Shown here: positions 62,948 to 64,000 of the stretch, one piece after another
Layout of the letters: each line of letters opens with the position of its first letter
Position numbering within the stretch: the stretch's first letter is position 1
Origin: Podarcis gaigeae
Lineage: Eukaryota
Assembly: GCA_964106915.2 (NCBI GenBank)
Contig: OZ066920.1
Direction: 5' to 3' (one strand)
DNA length: 64,000 nt
The notes under the pieces: generated by a model
Told to the model about the DNA's origin: nothing
The model's input: the letters and a program-made list of their open reading frames with translations, nothing else
Databases searched by the model: none
Program-made: the position numbers and the translations under genes

Positions 62948-63793
62948 ATATGGAATGATACCATTGTAAATCTTTAATTTGATAATATTTATACTACTGC
63001 TACTATGTAACACTGGTCAAGTACCACTGCAAAAGGCACTAAAGAGAACACAGAAGTAAACAGGTTATTCATACAGACTAGCCTTTCCCAGCATGATGCC
63101 CTCCAGATGTTTTGAACTATAAGGACATCGGTTTGTGGAAGACTAATATAAATTTTTTAATTTAATTATGGAGTCTGTGACACAAATTTATTTCAAAACT
63201 CTTTAATCTAATTTTAGTTGTTGGGACATTAACTGATCCAAATAATTGTGAAATTTCAAAACCACTAAACTGCATTGTTTTTTCCCTCCCCTGTAGTGAA
63301 TGTTCAGGTGTCAGCCCCTATGGGAAGGGACCTGTCATGTTGCTACTTCAAAGTCCCATACACACTGATGCTGTTATGTAAACAATTTATTTGGATGAGT
63401 ATTAACATGGTACTATTAAACACAGGTCCCGCTTACCAAACACAATGCATTCTCAGGAAACTGTTTATTAGAAGAGCATTTACATAACAAGCTGGCAATT
63501 TCCATTATTTCCTGCAGGAACATTTCTAATCCATTATCCTCCCTCCCCCCCCCCAAAATGGCGGCCGCCAACCAGCAAAACATAAACAAGTACGGAGTGG
63601 ACAAATTGTGGCTATTCGGATATCTGAATCAACTGTGCGTGTAGTAAAGGTTTGGGAATAATTGTTTATGTTCAGGTAAGTGAATTTTTGGATAACAAGT
63701 GGGAGGATTGCAAGATCTGCATGCAGTTTATTTCAAACATGTAAAATCTGTACACAACTGTGTAATTATTCAATAACTTTAATGAATTCTCAC

Positions 63794-63936
63794 CTGGTTG
63801 TTCTGGTCTGCAAGGTATCTCACCACAATAGGCAATAAATATTTTGAAAAAGCGTAAGGGATTGAAGGCCTGTTTTCTTGACAAAACATAGCTATATGAG
63901 GCACCTGTTCCATCAATTCAGCTCGTACTGTTGGCT
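63794..63936 (-). CDS. PPP4R1: PPP4R1 exon (EPTVRAELMEQVPHIAMFCQENRPSIPYAFSKYLLPIVVRYLADQNNQ); gene continues beyond the window
   Basis: GT-AG, 143 nt. Confidence 0.95.
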
Positions 63937-64000
63937 CTATTGATAAAAATGTCAAGATGAACCAGTAAATCATATGTTATCGATCTCCTGATCGAAAGTC

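Overview
This is vertebrate genomic DNA, almost certainly from a squamate reptile and probably a lacertid lizard. That assignment rests on Squam3-type CORE-SINEs with (CTT)n tails, CR1/L2 fragments and GC-rich Tc1/mariner and hAT MITEs. It is not prokaryotic: there is no CRISPR array, rRNA or operon. Three spliced genes can be rebuilt exon by exon, with canonical GT-AG junctions and consistent phases. (1) The 3' end of ANKRD12 (+): last 5 coding exons, stop at 5540-5542, poly(A) signals at about 6688 and 6775. (2) The complete RALBP1/RLIP76 gene (+): CpG-island promoter at about 12280-12960, a non-coding exon 1, 9 coding exons at 18549-37291 encoding 663 aa, and a poly(A) signal at 39786. (3) The 3' part of PPP4R1 (-): 16 coding exons at 42539-63936, continuing past the window end. 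The main observations are as follows. TWSG1, which lies between ANKRD12 and RALBP1 in human, is not visible in the roughly 6 kb intergenic gap. A 795-bp solo-LTR-like element with a perfect 5-bp TSD is almost entirely filled by an acidic-then-Arg-rich reading frame broken by one frameshift. There is a minimal M-D-R-stop uORF in RALBP1 exon 2, a (CAG)6 polyQ/PQ tract in the RALBP1 C-terminus, and a consensus CTCF site between the convergent RALBP1 and PPP4R1 3' ends. Gene and repeat family names come from recognition and memory; no database search was run.
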